Below, one piece after another: positions 10,690 through 19,603 of a stretch of 64,000 nt of DNA. The notes under the pieces are model-generated. The model was not told the DNA's origin. It did not search any database and was given only the letters and a program-made list of their open reading frames with translations. Positions within the stretch are counted from its first letter, which is position 1. Every line of letters begins with the position of its first letter. The stretch is from Christensenellales bacterium. Its GTDB lineage: Bacteria > Bacillota > Clostridia > Christensenellales > CAG-917. The translations under genes were made by a program, and so were the position numbers. Where the stretch lies: NCBI GenBank assembly GCA_045130665.1, contig JBGUQC010000004.1, forward strand, positions 635,217-699,216. The letters are read 5' to 3'.

Positions 10690-11613
10690 TTATATATTTA
10701 AACTCTTTGTTTCATCAAAACCGCACATTATATTCATACATTGTATTGCGGCTCCCGATGCACCTTTTCCTAGGTTATCAAAGAGTGATACTGCTATGAT
10801 TCTATCATCATTTCCACCAACATATATATTCATATTATCCTTCATCGAAAGCTCTGATGCTGACATGAAGTTTTGTTCAAGTGGTAATACTTTAATTAAC
10901 TTTGAACCATTGTAGTTTTTACTTAGACAATTAATAACATCGTCTTTATTTCCATTAATCATTTTACCAAATAAAGGAACACTTACTTCCATACCAGAAT
11001 AGAAATCCCCGACTATTGGTGCAAATATTGGTTCTTGATCAAGTCCAGCTATCTTTTTCATTTCTGGCAAGTGTTTATGCATTTGTGCAAAAGCATATTG
11101 TCTTGGTCCTTCATAGTCTTGAGGTCTATTTGCATCATTATATTCTGCAATCATTTTCTTACCACCACCAGAATATCCTGTTAATGAATAACAAACAAAA
11201 GGATAACTTGATGGTACTAATCCGTTTTTCACTAATGGATATACAATTGATAAGAATCCACTTGCATGACAACCTGGCACAGCAACTCTTTTTGCATTTT
11301 TAAGACTATTTTTGATTTCTTCATCTAATTCTGGGAAACCATATGTCCAATTTGGGTCTGTTCTATGTGCTGTTGATGTATCTATCACTTTGGTATTTGG
11401 ATTATCTATCATAGAAACCGCTTCAATTGCAGCAGCATCAGGAAGACATAAGAATGCAATATCTGCATTGTTTAGTGCATCCTTTCTAGCTGCTGAATCT
11501 TTGCGTATATCTTCAGGTAGTGTGAATAGCTCTATATCGTCTCTTTTGGACAATCTTTCTTCTATTCTTAATCCTGTAGTTCCAACATTACCATCTATAA
11601 ATACTTTTAACAT
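10690..11613 (-). CDS. argC: N-acetyl-gamma-glutamyl-phosphate reductase (short form)
   Basis: 307 aa with an N-terminal GNVGTTG Rossmann loop and the PGCHASG active-site cysteine context. It lies inside the arg operon. Confidence 0.85.
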   Translation of the reverse strand: MLKVFIDGNVGTTGLRIEERLSKRDDIELFTLPEDIRKDSAARKDALNNADIAFLCLPDAAAIEAVSMIDNPNTKVIDTSTAHRTDPNWTYGFPELDEEIKNSLKNAKRVAVPGCHASGFLSIVYPLVKNGLVPSSYPFVCYSLTGYSGGGKKMIAEYNDANRPQDYEGPRQYAFAQMHKHLPEMKKIAGLDQEPIFAPIVGDFYSGMEVSVPLFGKMINGNKDDVINCLSKNYNGSKLIKVLPLEQNFMSASELSMKDNMNIYVGGNDDRIIAVSLFDNLGKGASGAAIQCMNIMCGFDETKSLNI

Positions 11614-11622
11614 AGTTTTTCC

Positions 11623-12993
11623 CTATTTGATTATTTTCTTTATTTGTTCGATTTGTTTTTTGACTGATGATGGAGATGGACCACCTTGTGATGCCCTTTT
11701 CTCAACACAGTTCATTAAATCTATTACTTCATAGACATCCTTTTCAAACATTGGACTAATTTTTTTATATTCATCCAATGAAAGTGAATTCAATGTCTCG
11801 CCTTTTTGGATACATATTGCAACCAATTTACCGGAGCATTTATATGCATCCCTGAATGGCATACCTTTCTTTGCTAAATAGTCTGCCACATCTGTTGCAT
11901 TGATAAATCCTTTCTCAGCTGCCTTTTTCATGACATCTGCTTTAATTGTTGCGGTTGAAAGCATCTCTCCAAAGATTGGCAAACATGCTTTAACTGTATC
12001 TACAGAATCAAAGATAGCTTCCTTATCTTCTTGCATATCTTTATCATAAGCAAGAGGTAGTCCTTTCATAACTGTTAATAATGCCATAAGGTTACCATAA
12101 ACCCTACCTGTTTTACCCCTTACTAATTCAGCAACATCTGGATTTTTCTTTTGTGGCATGATGGATGAACCAGTTGCATAAGCATCGTCCAATTCTACAA
12201 ATCCATACTCTGAAGATGTCCAAAGTATTACTTCATCTGCCATTCTTGACAAATGCATCATAATTAAGGAAATATCTGATGCGAGTTCAATTACATAATC
12301 CCTATCGCTTACACCATCCATTGAATTTGCATATGGCGCATCAAAGCCAAGGCTCTTTGCAACCATTTCCCTATCTATTGGATATGTAGTTCCAGCAAGT
12401 GCAGCAGAACCTAAAGGTGACTTTAAATTCTTAGCTAAATTCTCGAGTCTTACGATATCCCTTGCAAACATATTTGCGTATGCCATCATATAATGTGCAA
12501 AAGTTACAGGTTGTGCCCTTTGTAGATGTGTATATCCTGGCATTATAGTATTTAGATTCTTTTCTGCGAGAGTTACTAATACTTTTATGAAATTGTTTAA
12601 ATCTAGGGTTATATCATCTACAACACCCTTAACATACAAGTTCATATCTAATGCAACTTGGTCATTTCTACTTCTTGCAGTATGTAATTTCTTTCCAGCA
12701 TCTCCAATTTTCTTTGTTAATTCAGCTTCAACAAACATATGAATGTCTTCAGCTTCTGGATCTATTACTAAAGTTCCGTTTTCTAATTCCTTTAAGATTT
12801 CTTCTAATCCATTTAAAATTTTGTCTACATCTTCTTGTGGAATAATAGAGCAAGCACCAAGCATTGTTGCATGTGCCATAGAACCCTTAATATCTTCCTT
12901 ATATAAGTTACAATCGAAAGATATAGATGAGTTGAAATCGTTTACTGCTTTGTTCTCTTCTTTTGAGAACCTTCCTGCCCACATTTTTGCCAT
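11623..12993 (-). CDS. argH: Argininosuccinate lyase
   Basis: MAKMWAGRFSKE start, the GSSIMPQKKNPD signature and HLQRAQP. Start taken at the ATG at 12993; the track extends to 13041 without an SD sequence. Confidence 0.9.
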   Translation of the reverse strand: MAKMWAGRFSKEENKAVNDFNSSISFDCNLYKEDIKGSMAHATMLGACSIIPQEDVDKILNGLEEILKELENGTLVIDPEAEDIHMFVEAELTKKIGDAGKKLHTARSRNDQVALDMNLYVKGVVDDITLDLNNFIKVLVTLAEKNLNTIMPGYTHLQRAQPVTFAHYMMAYANMFARDIVRLENLAKNLKSPLGSAALAGTTYPIDREMVAKSLGFDAPYANSMDGVSDRDYVIELASDISLIMMHLSRMADEVILWTSSEYGFVELDDAYATGSSIMPQKKNPDVAELVRGKTGRVYGNLMALLTVMKGLPLAYDKDMQEDKEAIFDSVDTVKACLPIFGEMLSTATIKADVMKKAAEKGFINATDVADYLAKKGMPFRDAYKCSGKLVAICIQKGETLNSLSLDEYKKISPMFEKDVYEVIDLMNCVEKRASQGGPSPSSVKKQIEQIKKIIK

Positions 12994-13068
12994 TTTTAAT
13001 ACCCCAAGAGGCTCTCTGTAACAGAAAGCCTCTATTTTCATTGTTATTTATCTAACGAACAAAGAATA

Positions 13069-14295
13069 CTATTTGTTATTCTTTTTGTCCATTAATGCTT
13101 TAACTTTAATGGATAATCCATATAAGTTAATGAATCCAGCGGAATCTGCTTGGTTGTATACTTGATCTTCATCAAATGTTGCGAAGTCTTCGTTGTATAA
13201 TGAATACTTACTTGTGATACCTGCTTTAATGATATTTCCTTTATAAAGCATGAGTTTTACTTCACCTGTTACATTTTCTTCAATCTTATCTACAAATGCT
13301 TGTAATCCTTCTCTTAATGGTGTAAACCACTTTCCGAAGTATACTAATTCTGCATATTGTTCTGAAATTAGTTGCTTATAATGTGCTGTATCTCTATCTA
13401 AGGTAAGTGTTTCAAGTGCAGCATGTGCTTTGTATAGGATTGTTCCACCAGGTGTTTCGTATACACCACGTGATTTCATACCAACTAATCTGTTTTCTAC
13501 GATGTCTAATAAACCGATACCATTTTCTCCACCGAGTTTATTTAATGCTTTAACCATTTCAACACCATCTAACTTCTTTCCATCTAATGTTGTTGGTACA
13601 CCTTTTTCAAAACCAATTGTGATAAATGTTGGTTTATCTGGAGCTTGCATTGGTGAAACACCCATTTCTAAGAAGCCTTTCTTATCATATTGTGGCATAT
13701 TTGCTGGATCTTCTAAATCCAAACCTTCATGTGATAAGTGCCAAATGTTCTTATCTTTTGAATAATTTGTCTCACGACTAATCTTAAGTGGTACGTTATG
13801 TGCTTCAGCATAATCTATTTCTTCGTCACGAGATTTGATGTTCCAGATTCTCCATGGAGCAATAATCTTCATTTCTGGAGCAAATGCTTTGATAGCTAAT
13901 TCGAAACGAACCTGGTCATTTCCTTTACCTGTACATCCATGACAAATTGCATCTGCTTTTTCTGCCAATGCAATTTCTGCTAATTTCTTACCAATTAATG
14001 GACGTGCAAAAGATGTTCCAAGTAAATACTCTTCATAAATTGCACCGGCTTTAAGTGTTGGATAAATGTAATCTTCAACGAATTCTTTCTTGAGATCTAA
14101 AACGATTAATTTGCTTGCACCTGTTTTTAAAGCTTTTTCTTCAAGACCATCTAATTCATCACCTTGACCAACGTCTGCAGAAACTGCGATGATTTCTGGA
14201 TTGTTATAATTTTCTTTGAGCCATGGGATAATGATAGACGTATCTAATCCACCTGAATAAGCTAAAACGATTTTCTTAATTTCTTTGTCTGCCAT
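13069..14295 (-). CDS. argG: Argininosuccinate synthase
   Basis: [11 protein letters not shown]-loop, [13 protein letters not shown] and [11 protein letters not shown]. Confidence 0.95.
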   Translation of the reverse strand: MADKEIKKIVLAYSGGLDTSIIIPWLKENYNNPEIIAVSADVGQGDELDGLEEKALKTGASKLIVLDLKKEFVEDYIYPTLKAGAIYEEYLLGTSFARPLIGKKLAEIALAEKADAICHGCTGKGNDQVRFELAIKAFAPEMKIIAPWRIWNIKSRDEEIDYAEAHNVPLKISRETNYSKDKNIWHLSHEGLDLEDPANMPQYDKKGFLEMGVSPMQAPDKPTFITIGFEKGVPTTLDGKKLDGVEMVKALNKLGGENGIGLLDIVENRLVGMKSRGVYETPGGTILYKAHAALETLTLDRDTAHYKQLISEQYAELVYFGKWFTPLREGLQAFVDKIEENVTGEVKLMLYKGNIIKAGITSKYSLYNEDFATFDEDQVYNQADSAGFINLYGLSIKVKALMDKKNNK

Positions 14296-14334
14296 AATTA
14301 CTTACCTCTGTAATTTTAAATTTATTATAGGCAT

Positions 14335-14363
14335 ATAATAAGGGAGAATATGAGTAATGTCAA
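14335..14363 (-). promoter_or_regulatory. SigA-type promoter of the arg operon
   Basis: On the minus strand: TTGACA (14363-14358), a 17-nt spacer, then TATTAT (14340-14335). It lies about 40 nt upstream of the argG ATG. Confidence 0.55.
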
Positions 14364-14480
14364 CAAAAAATACATAAATTTTGAATATTTTTTAATAATT
14401 TTTACATTTTTATTGTATATTATGCAATTTTTATCTATTTTTGCATAAAAAATGAATATTTTATACATTTTGTTTTGGAT

Positions 14481-14510
14481 AAAATAAAAAACGGCCCGAA
14501 GGCCATTTTC
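14481..14510 (-). terminator. Weak terminator after the hydro-lyase beta gene
   Basis: GGCC/GGCC stem with a CGAA tetraloop (14493-14504). On the minus strand it is followed by TTTTTTATTTT. The stem is short. Confidence 0.4.
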
Positions 14511-14525
14511 TAAATATTTTTGTTC

Positions 14526-15053
14526 TTATTTTGAATAAAGGTTTGTACCTGATTGATCAAATACTACAACCGCAGGCAACCTATCTAATGTGAACTTATA
14601 AACAGCCTCTGCGCCAAATTCTTCAAATGCAAGTATCTCATATTTTGAAATACATTTTGCACTTAGAGCACCTGCGCCACCAATTGCTGCAAAATAAACT
14701 GCATTATTTCTTACCATTGCATCTTTAACGCTTTGAGCAACATCGCCCTTACCAATAATTGCAACAATACCATTATCTAATAAAGGTTCAATTATTCCAT
14801 CCATACGTTTAGATGTTGTAGGTCCTGCAGATGAAATCTTGCCAGTTTTGTCAAAAGTTGGACCAACATAGAAAATAGTTTCTCCAACAATATTAAATGG
14901 AAGCTTTTCGCCTCTTTCTAGCATTTCCTTTGTTCTTTTAACTGCTTTATCTCTTCCGGTAATTATTTCACCAGATAAATATACTGTATCTCCAGTTTTT
15001 AAAGACTTTGTTTGTTCTTTAGTAATAGGAAATTTAATTTCTAATTCGGCCAT
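14526..15053 (-). CDS. Fe-S type hydro-lyase beta subunit (class I fumarate hydratase / L-tartrate dehydratase family)
   Basis: 175 aa with YLSGEIITGRD.A, GPTTSKRMD and IGKG motifs of FumA C-terminal/TtdB proteins. Confidence 0.8.
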   Translation of the reverse strand: MAELEIKFPITKEQTKSLKTGDTVYLSGEIITGRDKAVKRTKEMLERGEKLPFNIVGETIFYVGPTFDKTGKISSAGPTTSKRMDGIIEPLLDNGIVAIIGKGDVAQSVKDAMVRNNAVYFAAIGGAGALSAKCISKYEILAFEEFGAEAVYKFTLDRLPAVVVFDQSGTNLYSK

Positions 15054-15886
15054 TAAAATACCACCTCCGTCTTTCTCATTGCATTACAACCAAAGTTAAT
15101 TGCAACTGGCAAACCTGCAATATGAGTTGGGTGTTTTTCAATATGAACAGCTAAAGCTGTTGTATTGCCACCAAATCCAGATGCTCCTATCTTTAATGCA
15201 TTAACTGCACCTAAGATTTGTTTTTCTAATTCAGCAAGTTCTGGGTCTGGATTTATTGAACCAATTTCCCTAAGCAAACCATGTTTTGCCATCTCTAATG
15301 CTTTTTCAGAAGTACCGCCAATACCAACACCAATTACATATGGTGGACATGGACAAGCTCCTGCATTCTTTGCAGCATCAACAACAGAATTAATAATACC
15401 CTGTTTTCCTGCAGATGGGAAAAGCATATAAAGTTTGGTCATGTTTTCAGCACCAAAACCTTTTGGCATAAATGATATTTTTAATCCATCACCCTCAACC
15501 AAATTAATATGAATAATAGCTGGTGTATTATCTTTTGTATTAATTCTGCTTAGAGGATCCAAAACACTTGATCTTAATCCACTTGAATATGCCTTAGATG
15601 TTGCATTATTTAATGCTTGTCTTAGACTTCCTTCAATATGGACATCTTGACCTAATTCAACGAAGAAAACAGCCATGCCTGTATCTTGGCAAAGTGGAAC
15701 AGCTTCTTTCTTTGCAACTTCTGCATTCTCTAATAAAACATTCATTGCAAATTGGGCTCTTTCTGAATCTTCAACAGCTAGTGCATTTTTAATACCACAA
15801 ACTGCATCTTGAGCAAGTGTTGTACTGGTATCATAAATAATCTTTGTTAATTTGTTTTCAATATCTTGTGCATTTATAGTTCTCAT
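15053..15886 (-). CDS. Fe-S type hydro-lyase alpha subunit (class I fumarate hydratase / L-tartrate dehydratase family)
   Basis: PLCQDTGMAVFF and GVGIGGT motifs. I moved the start to MRTINAQD (ATG at 15886). Its stop overlaps the beta subunit start. Confidence 0.8.
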   Translation of the reverse strand: MRTINAQDIENKLTKIIYDTSTTLAQDAVCGIKNALAVEDSERAQFAMNVLLENAEVAKKEAVPLCQDTGMAVFFVELGQDVHIEGSLRQALNNATSKAYSSGLRSSVLDPLSRINTKDNTPAIIHINLVEGDGLKISFMPKGFGAENMTKLYMLFPSAGKQGIINSVVDAAKNAGACPCPPYVIGVGIGGTSEKALEMAKHGLLREIGSINPDPELAELEKQILGAVNALKIGASGFGGNTTALAVHIEKHPTHIAGLPVAINFGCNAMRKTEVVF

Positions 15887-16001
15887 ACAAATAATGTTAA
15901 AACAAAATCCAAAATAAAACAACATTTTTATATGCGCACGCGAAAATAAATACTTGTTGACTAATCTTATTATTAGCAATATAATTCAATTCACGATTGA
16001 T

Positions 16002-16078
16002 GCGCCGTTAGCTCAATTGGATAGAGCGTTGGTCTACGGAACCAAAGGTTAGGGGTTCGACTCCCTTACGGCGCGCCA
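16002..16078 (+). tRNA. tRNA-Arg (anticodon ACG)
   Basis: Hand-folded cloverleaf. Acceptor stem is GCGCCGT/ACGGCGC and D arm is GCTC..GAGC. The anticodon stem TTGGT/ACCAA closes the loop CTACGGA, the T arm is AGGGG-TTCGACT-CCCTT, and the 3' CCA is encoded. Confidence 0.9.
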
Positions 16079-16112
16079 TTTTTTTATATAAAGAACTTTT
16101 TAAGGAGCAAAA

Positions 16113-16544
16113 ATGGAATACAAATTTTATGGTTCAAATACCCCATCTATTAAGCCTGTAAATCCAGATTTTACTAAAGTAAAAGATCAAAGACATTTAT
16201 ATGATTTGCTATCTGACATTTGGTGTGAATATTCATGTGCTCCTAGATATAGAAAGGATTGGTCCAAAGAGAATAAAACATTAGGACAATGCTCTATTTC
16301 TTCTTTCCTTATCCAAGATATTTTTGGCGGAAAAGTATATGGTGTTCCACTTAAAGAAGGTGGCTTCCATTGTTACAATGTTGTAGATGGAATTCACTTT
16401 GATTTAACTAGCGAGCAATTTGGCGATGAAAAGCTTATATATGATGATAAATATGAGCAAACTCGTGAAGAACATTTTGCAAGCAAAGAAAAGTATGAGC
16501 GCTATCTTTATCTAAAAAATACCCTATTAGATAAATTCAAATAA
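16113..16544 (+). CDS. Hypothetical cytoplasmic protein, 143 aa
   Basis: Clean ORF with AGGAGC 7 nt upstream of the ATG. I see no motif I can assign. Confidence 0.5.
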   Translation: MEYKFYGSNTPSIKPVNPDFTKVKDQRHLYDLLSDIWCEYSCAPRYRKDWSKENKTLGQCSISSFLIQDIFGGKVYGVPLKEGGFHCYNVVDGIHFDLTSEQFGDEKLIYDDKYEQTREEHFASKEKYERYLYLKNTLLDKFK

Positions 16545-16549
16545 TATAA

Positions 16550-16578
16550 TTGACATCATTCTGTTAGAATGCTATTAT
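16550..16578 (+). promoter_or_regulatory. SigA-type promoter of the T-box leader
   Basis: TTGACA (16550-16555), a 17-nt spacer, then TATTAT (16573-16578). Confidence 0.6.
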
Positions 16579-16589
16579 TCATGCAATAG

Positions 16590-16857
16590 CGCTTGACCAA
16601 GAACAAGTAGGAGCGAGGGGCCTTTTAGAGAGATGCCGGTTGCTGCAAGGCATTAAGGGAATCGTATCTGAATACATCTTGTTAGCTGCGTACGGAAAGG
16701 AAACGAGTATGCTACGCCGGGATTGCCCGTTACAGCAAGAGAGCAACTGCTCCATAAGGTTTAATTAGTAATAATTAAGCGAATAGAGGTGGTACCACGA
16801 ATAATTCGTCCTCTTAAACAAAAATCTAGAATTAGATTAATGTTGAGAGGATTTTTT
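16590..16857 (+). promoter_or_regulatory. T-box riboswitch leader with apparent Tyr (UAC) specifier
   Basis: Stem I shows the AGUA S-turn, an AGAGAG bulge and an AUGCC/GGCAU distal helix. The specifier loop reads GAA-UAC-A, with the codon at 16673-16675. The T-box sequence AAUAGAGGUGGUACCACG lies at 16782-16799. A terminator (GTCCTCTT 16808-16815 with TGAGAGGA 16844-16851) is followed by a T6 run. Confidence 0.8.
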
Positions 16858-16884
16858 ATTTTCTCAACAATATGAGGTGAGGTT

Positions 16885-18606
16885 ATGTTTAATTCTCTAA
16901 TTAGTGCAGAAAGATCAGCTGGTGGCATTGCTTTAATGTCCATCATGATTGTAGTTTTTGCCGCAGCAATGGTATTTGTTGGCATTTACACTAGAAGAAA
17001 AGCTAAGGACGTAAATGGCTTCGTTTTAGGCGGAAGAAGCATTGGCCCATGGCTTACTGCTTTTACATACGGAACATCATATTTTAGTGCAGTTATATTT
17101 ATTGGTTATGCTGGACAATTCGGTTATTTATTTGGCGTAGCAAGTACATGGATTGGAATTGGAAACGCTGTTTTAGGTTCACTTCTTGCATGGGTTGTTC
17201 TTGGAAGAAGAACAAGAATCATGTCTCAAAGCTTAGATTCTAAGACAATGTCTGATTTCTTTGGAAAGAGATATTTATCTAAAGGATTAAAACTTGCAGC
17301 TGCTATTATCATATTTATTTTCTTAATTCCATATACCGCTTCCTTATTCAATGGTTTATCTAGATTATTCACTATTGCATTTGGATTCAAAAATGAAAAT
17401 ATGGCATACATCATTATTGTTGCAGTAATGGCTGTATTGACAGGTATTTATGTATTATTTGGTGGATATAGAGCTACAGCAATTAATGACTTTATTCAAG
17501 GAATAATCATGCTAATTGGTATTATTGCAGTTATCGCTGTTGCATTAAATGCAAATGGTGGTTTAACAGGATCAATGACAGCTCTTGCAGAGCAAGCTGG
17601 TTGGAAATATACATCATTCTTCGGAGCAGCTCCAGTATTCTTAATCTTTGTTATTATCTTAACATCTCTAGGTACATGGGGATTACCACAAATGGTTAAT
17701 AAATTCTATGCAATTAAGAGTGAAAACGATATCAGAAAAGGAACTATCATTTCTACAATTTTCGCAATCATAGTTGCAGGTGGATGTTACTTCCTTGGTG
17801 GTTTCGGAAGATTATTTGCTGAACCAGGAACAGCATTTGATGCTGTTGTACCAACTATCTTAGACAAAACTGTTCATTCGGACTTCTTAATGGGCATTGT
17901 TGTTATTCTAGTATTAAGTGCATCTATGTCTACACTTTCTAGCTTAGTATTAACATCTTCAAGCACATTAACATTAGACATGATTAAGGGCTATGTTATT
18001 AAAGAAGAAAAGTTCACTGAAAGAAAGCAAATGGTTATTATGCGTATATTCCTTGCAATATTTATTGCAATAAGTGCAGTTATTGCTATCATTCAAAAGC
18101 TTTATAATGTTTCAACAATTGCTCAATTAATGGGTGTAAGTTGGGGCGCATTAGCTGGCGCATTCCTTGCTCCATTCTTATATGGTTTATATAGCAAGAA
18201 GATTACAAAATCTTCTGTATGGGCATCATTCATTATTGGTGTTACAATCTCAATCTTCTCACTCGTTATGTCTATTACAAAAGGAACATTCATGACAGTT
18301 ACATTCTCATCTGGAGAAACATTGAACTTTGCTAATGCTGTTGTTATGGGTGCTATAGCAATGATTGCTGGATTAATCATTGTTCCACTTGTAAGTCTTT
18401 GCACATACAAACTCGAAGTTAAGAAAGGCATCCTTGATGTTGAAGCTACCGAGAGAATGTTTGATTGCTTCAAGGGTAAAGTTGTTGTAAGCAGAAAGTC
18501 TTCACTTGGTGATGAAGTTATCGATGAGGTTGCAAACAACGAAGAGGTAAAAGAAGAAATCTTATCCGAGATGGTAGAAGAACAAGCAAACGAAAATAAA
18601 GAATAA
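16885..18606 (+). CDS. Sodium:solute symporter family (SSF) transporter
   Basis: 573 aa with about 13 TM segments and PutP/SSF-like blocks (GGRSIGPW, GTWGLPQMVNKFYA). It has an acidic C-terminal tail and a GAGGTGAGG RBS. Confidence 0.8.
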   Translation: MFNSLISAERSAGGIALMSIMIVVFAAAMVFVGIYTRRKAKDVNGFVLGGRSIGPWLTAFTYGTSYFSAVIFIGYAGQFGYLFGVASTWIGIGNAVLGSLLAWVVLGRRTRIMSQSLDSKTMSDFFGKRYLSKGLKLAAAIIIFIFLIPYTASLFNGLSRLFTIAFGFKNENMAYIIIVAVMAVLTGIYVLFGGYRATAINDFIQGIIMLIGIIAVIAVALNANGGLTGSMTALAEQAGWKYTSFFGAAPVFLIFVIILTSLGTWGLPQMVNKFYAIKSENDIRKGTIISTIFAIIVAGGCYFLGGFGRLFAEPGTAFDAVVPTILDKTVHSDFLMGIVVILVLSASMSTLSSLVLTSSSTLTLDMIKGYVIKEEKFTERKQMVIMRIFLAIFIAISAVIAIIQKLYNVSTIAQLMGVSWGALAGAFLAPFLYGLYSKKITKSSVWASFIIGVTISIFSLVMSITKGTFMTVTFSSGETLNFANAVVMGAIAMIAGLIIVPLVSLCTYKLEVKKGILDVEATERMFDCFKGKVVVSRKSSLGDEVIDEVANNEEVKEEILSEMVEEQANENKE

Positions 18607-18629
18607 AATTCTTTAAGTTAAAAAAAATA

Positions 18630-18663
18630 AAGCCGTATTCAGTAATGTTTACGGCTTTTTATT
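18630..18663. terminator. Bidirectional rho-independent terminator between convergent genes
   Basis: AAGCCGTA (18630-18637) pairs with TACGGCTT (18650-18657). An A-run lies upstream and a T-run downstream. Confidence 0.6.
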
Positions 18664-19603
18664 TTTCTATAAACTCATGTATGAAGTTATCAACTGCATC
18701 ATCATACTGTTGAGTATTATTTATTCGAATATGTGAATGAACTCCCTTATCAAACCACACCAATTGTTTTGGAGCATGGCAACTGTCATATAGCAATTGT
18801 GCTTGATCTGGTGTTGAATAAGCATCCATCTTAGAATACAAGAACAAGATTGGTTTCTTCATCTTCCCTATACAATTAATTGGTCCAAATTTAGTTGGAG
18901 ATTTATGTGAGAAGATTCTTATTAAAAGCATAACAAGATGATGTATTGGAAATAATGGTTTTCTTGCTTCTCTAATGTGGTTTGCAAAAGATTCAGCGAA
19001 GTTTACATACATTCCCTCTGCAACCATTGCCTTCATATAATCTGGACAAGAATCATCTGTTAAAGCATATAGAGACATTGATGAACCAATACAAATAGCA
19101 TGAATAATTACTTCCTTAATTCCAAGATTATCATGTAAATATCTACCCCATGCAAGAATATCCTTATATTCTTCAAAACCAATTCTGTTGATAACGCCAC
19201 TAGATAATCCGTGCGCTCTATTATCTATAGAAAGAATGTTGTAACCATTCTTTTTGTATATTTCTGAAAAATAGTATCCATATGACCCCGCTTCAGATCT
19301 TCCTGGAATAACAATTACGGCCTTATCTGAACCAAAGTCTACATAGTTGGCAAAGAGTTTATATCCTTCATTCTCTATTTGGACGATTCTAATATAATCT
19401 TTATTTTCTTCTCCAAAAACTTTACCCTCTTCCATCATTTGAGATTCTTCGGCATCTTTTCTTGGCCAATCTCTACGCCACTTTTTCTTTGAAGTACGAA
19501 CCAATAACGTTATATAAATAACTACTGGAGTAACAAAAATTGGGAAGCCTATTATAAATAAAGCTACCAACACAACTATTAGCGCTATTAATCCTGGTGC
19601 CAT
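18659..19603 (-). CDS. Membrane-anchored alpha/beta hydrolase
   Basis: N-terminal TM helix, an alpha/beta-fold pattern with a nucleophile-elbow-like HAICIGSS, and a late His (GVHSH). Confidence 0.65.
   Translation of the reverse strand: MAPGLIALIVVLVALFIIGFPIFVTPVVIYITLLVRTSKKKWRRDWPRKDAEESQMMEEGKVFGEENKDYIRIVQIENEGYKLFANYVDFGSDKAVIVIPGRSEAGSYGYYFSEIYKKNGYNILSIDNRAHGLSSGVINRIGFEEYKDILAWGRYLHDNLGIKEVIIHAICIGSSMSLYALTDDSCPDYMKAMVAEGMYVNFAESFANHIREARKPLFPIHHLVMLLIRIFSHKSPTKFGPINCIGKMKKPILFLYSKMDAYSTPDQAQLLYDSCHAPKQLVWFDKGVHSHIRINNTQQYDDAVDNFIHEFIEK

Noticed and set aside
16002-16078. tRNA-Arg as a possible integration hotspot, or as functionally linked to the nearby arg operon
   Set aside because: No integrase, direct repeat of the tRNA 3' end or composition shift lies next to it. 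The flanking genes are ordinary host genes. Its proximity to arg genes appears coincidental.
16761-16985. 74-aa minus-strand ORF overlapping the T-box leader and the symporter start
   Set aside because: The region is fully explained by the T-box antiterminator/terminator and the transporter RBS and start. The ORF has no RBS and an implausible sequence.
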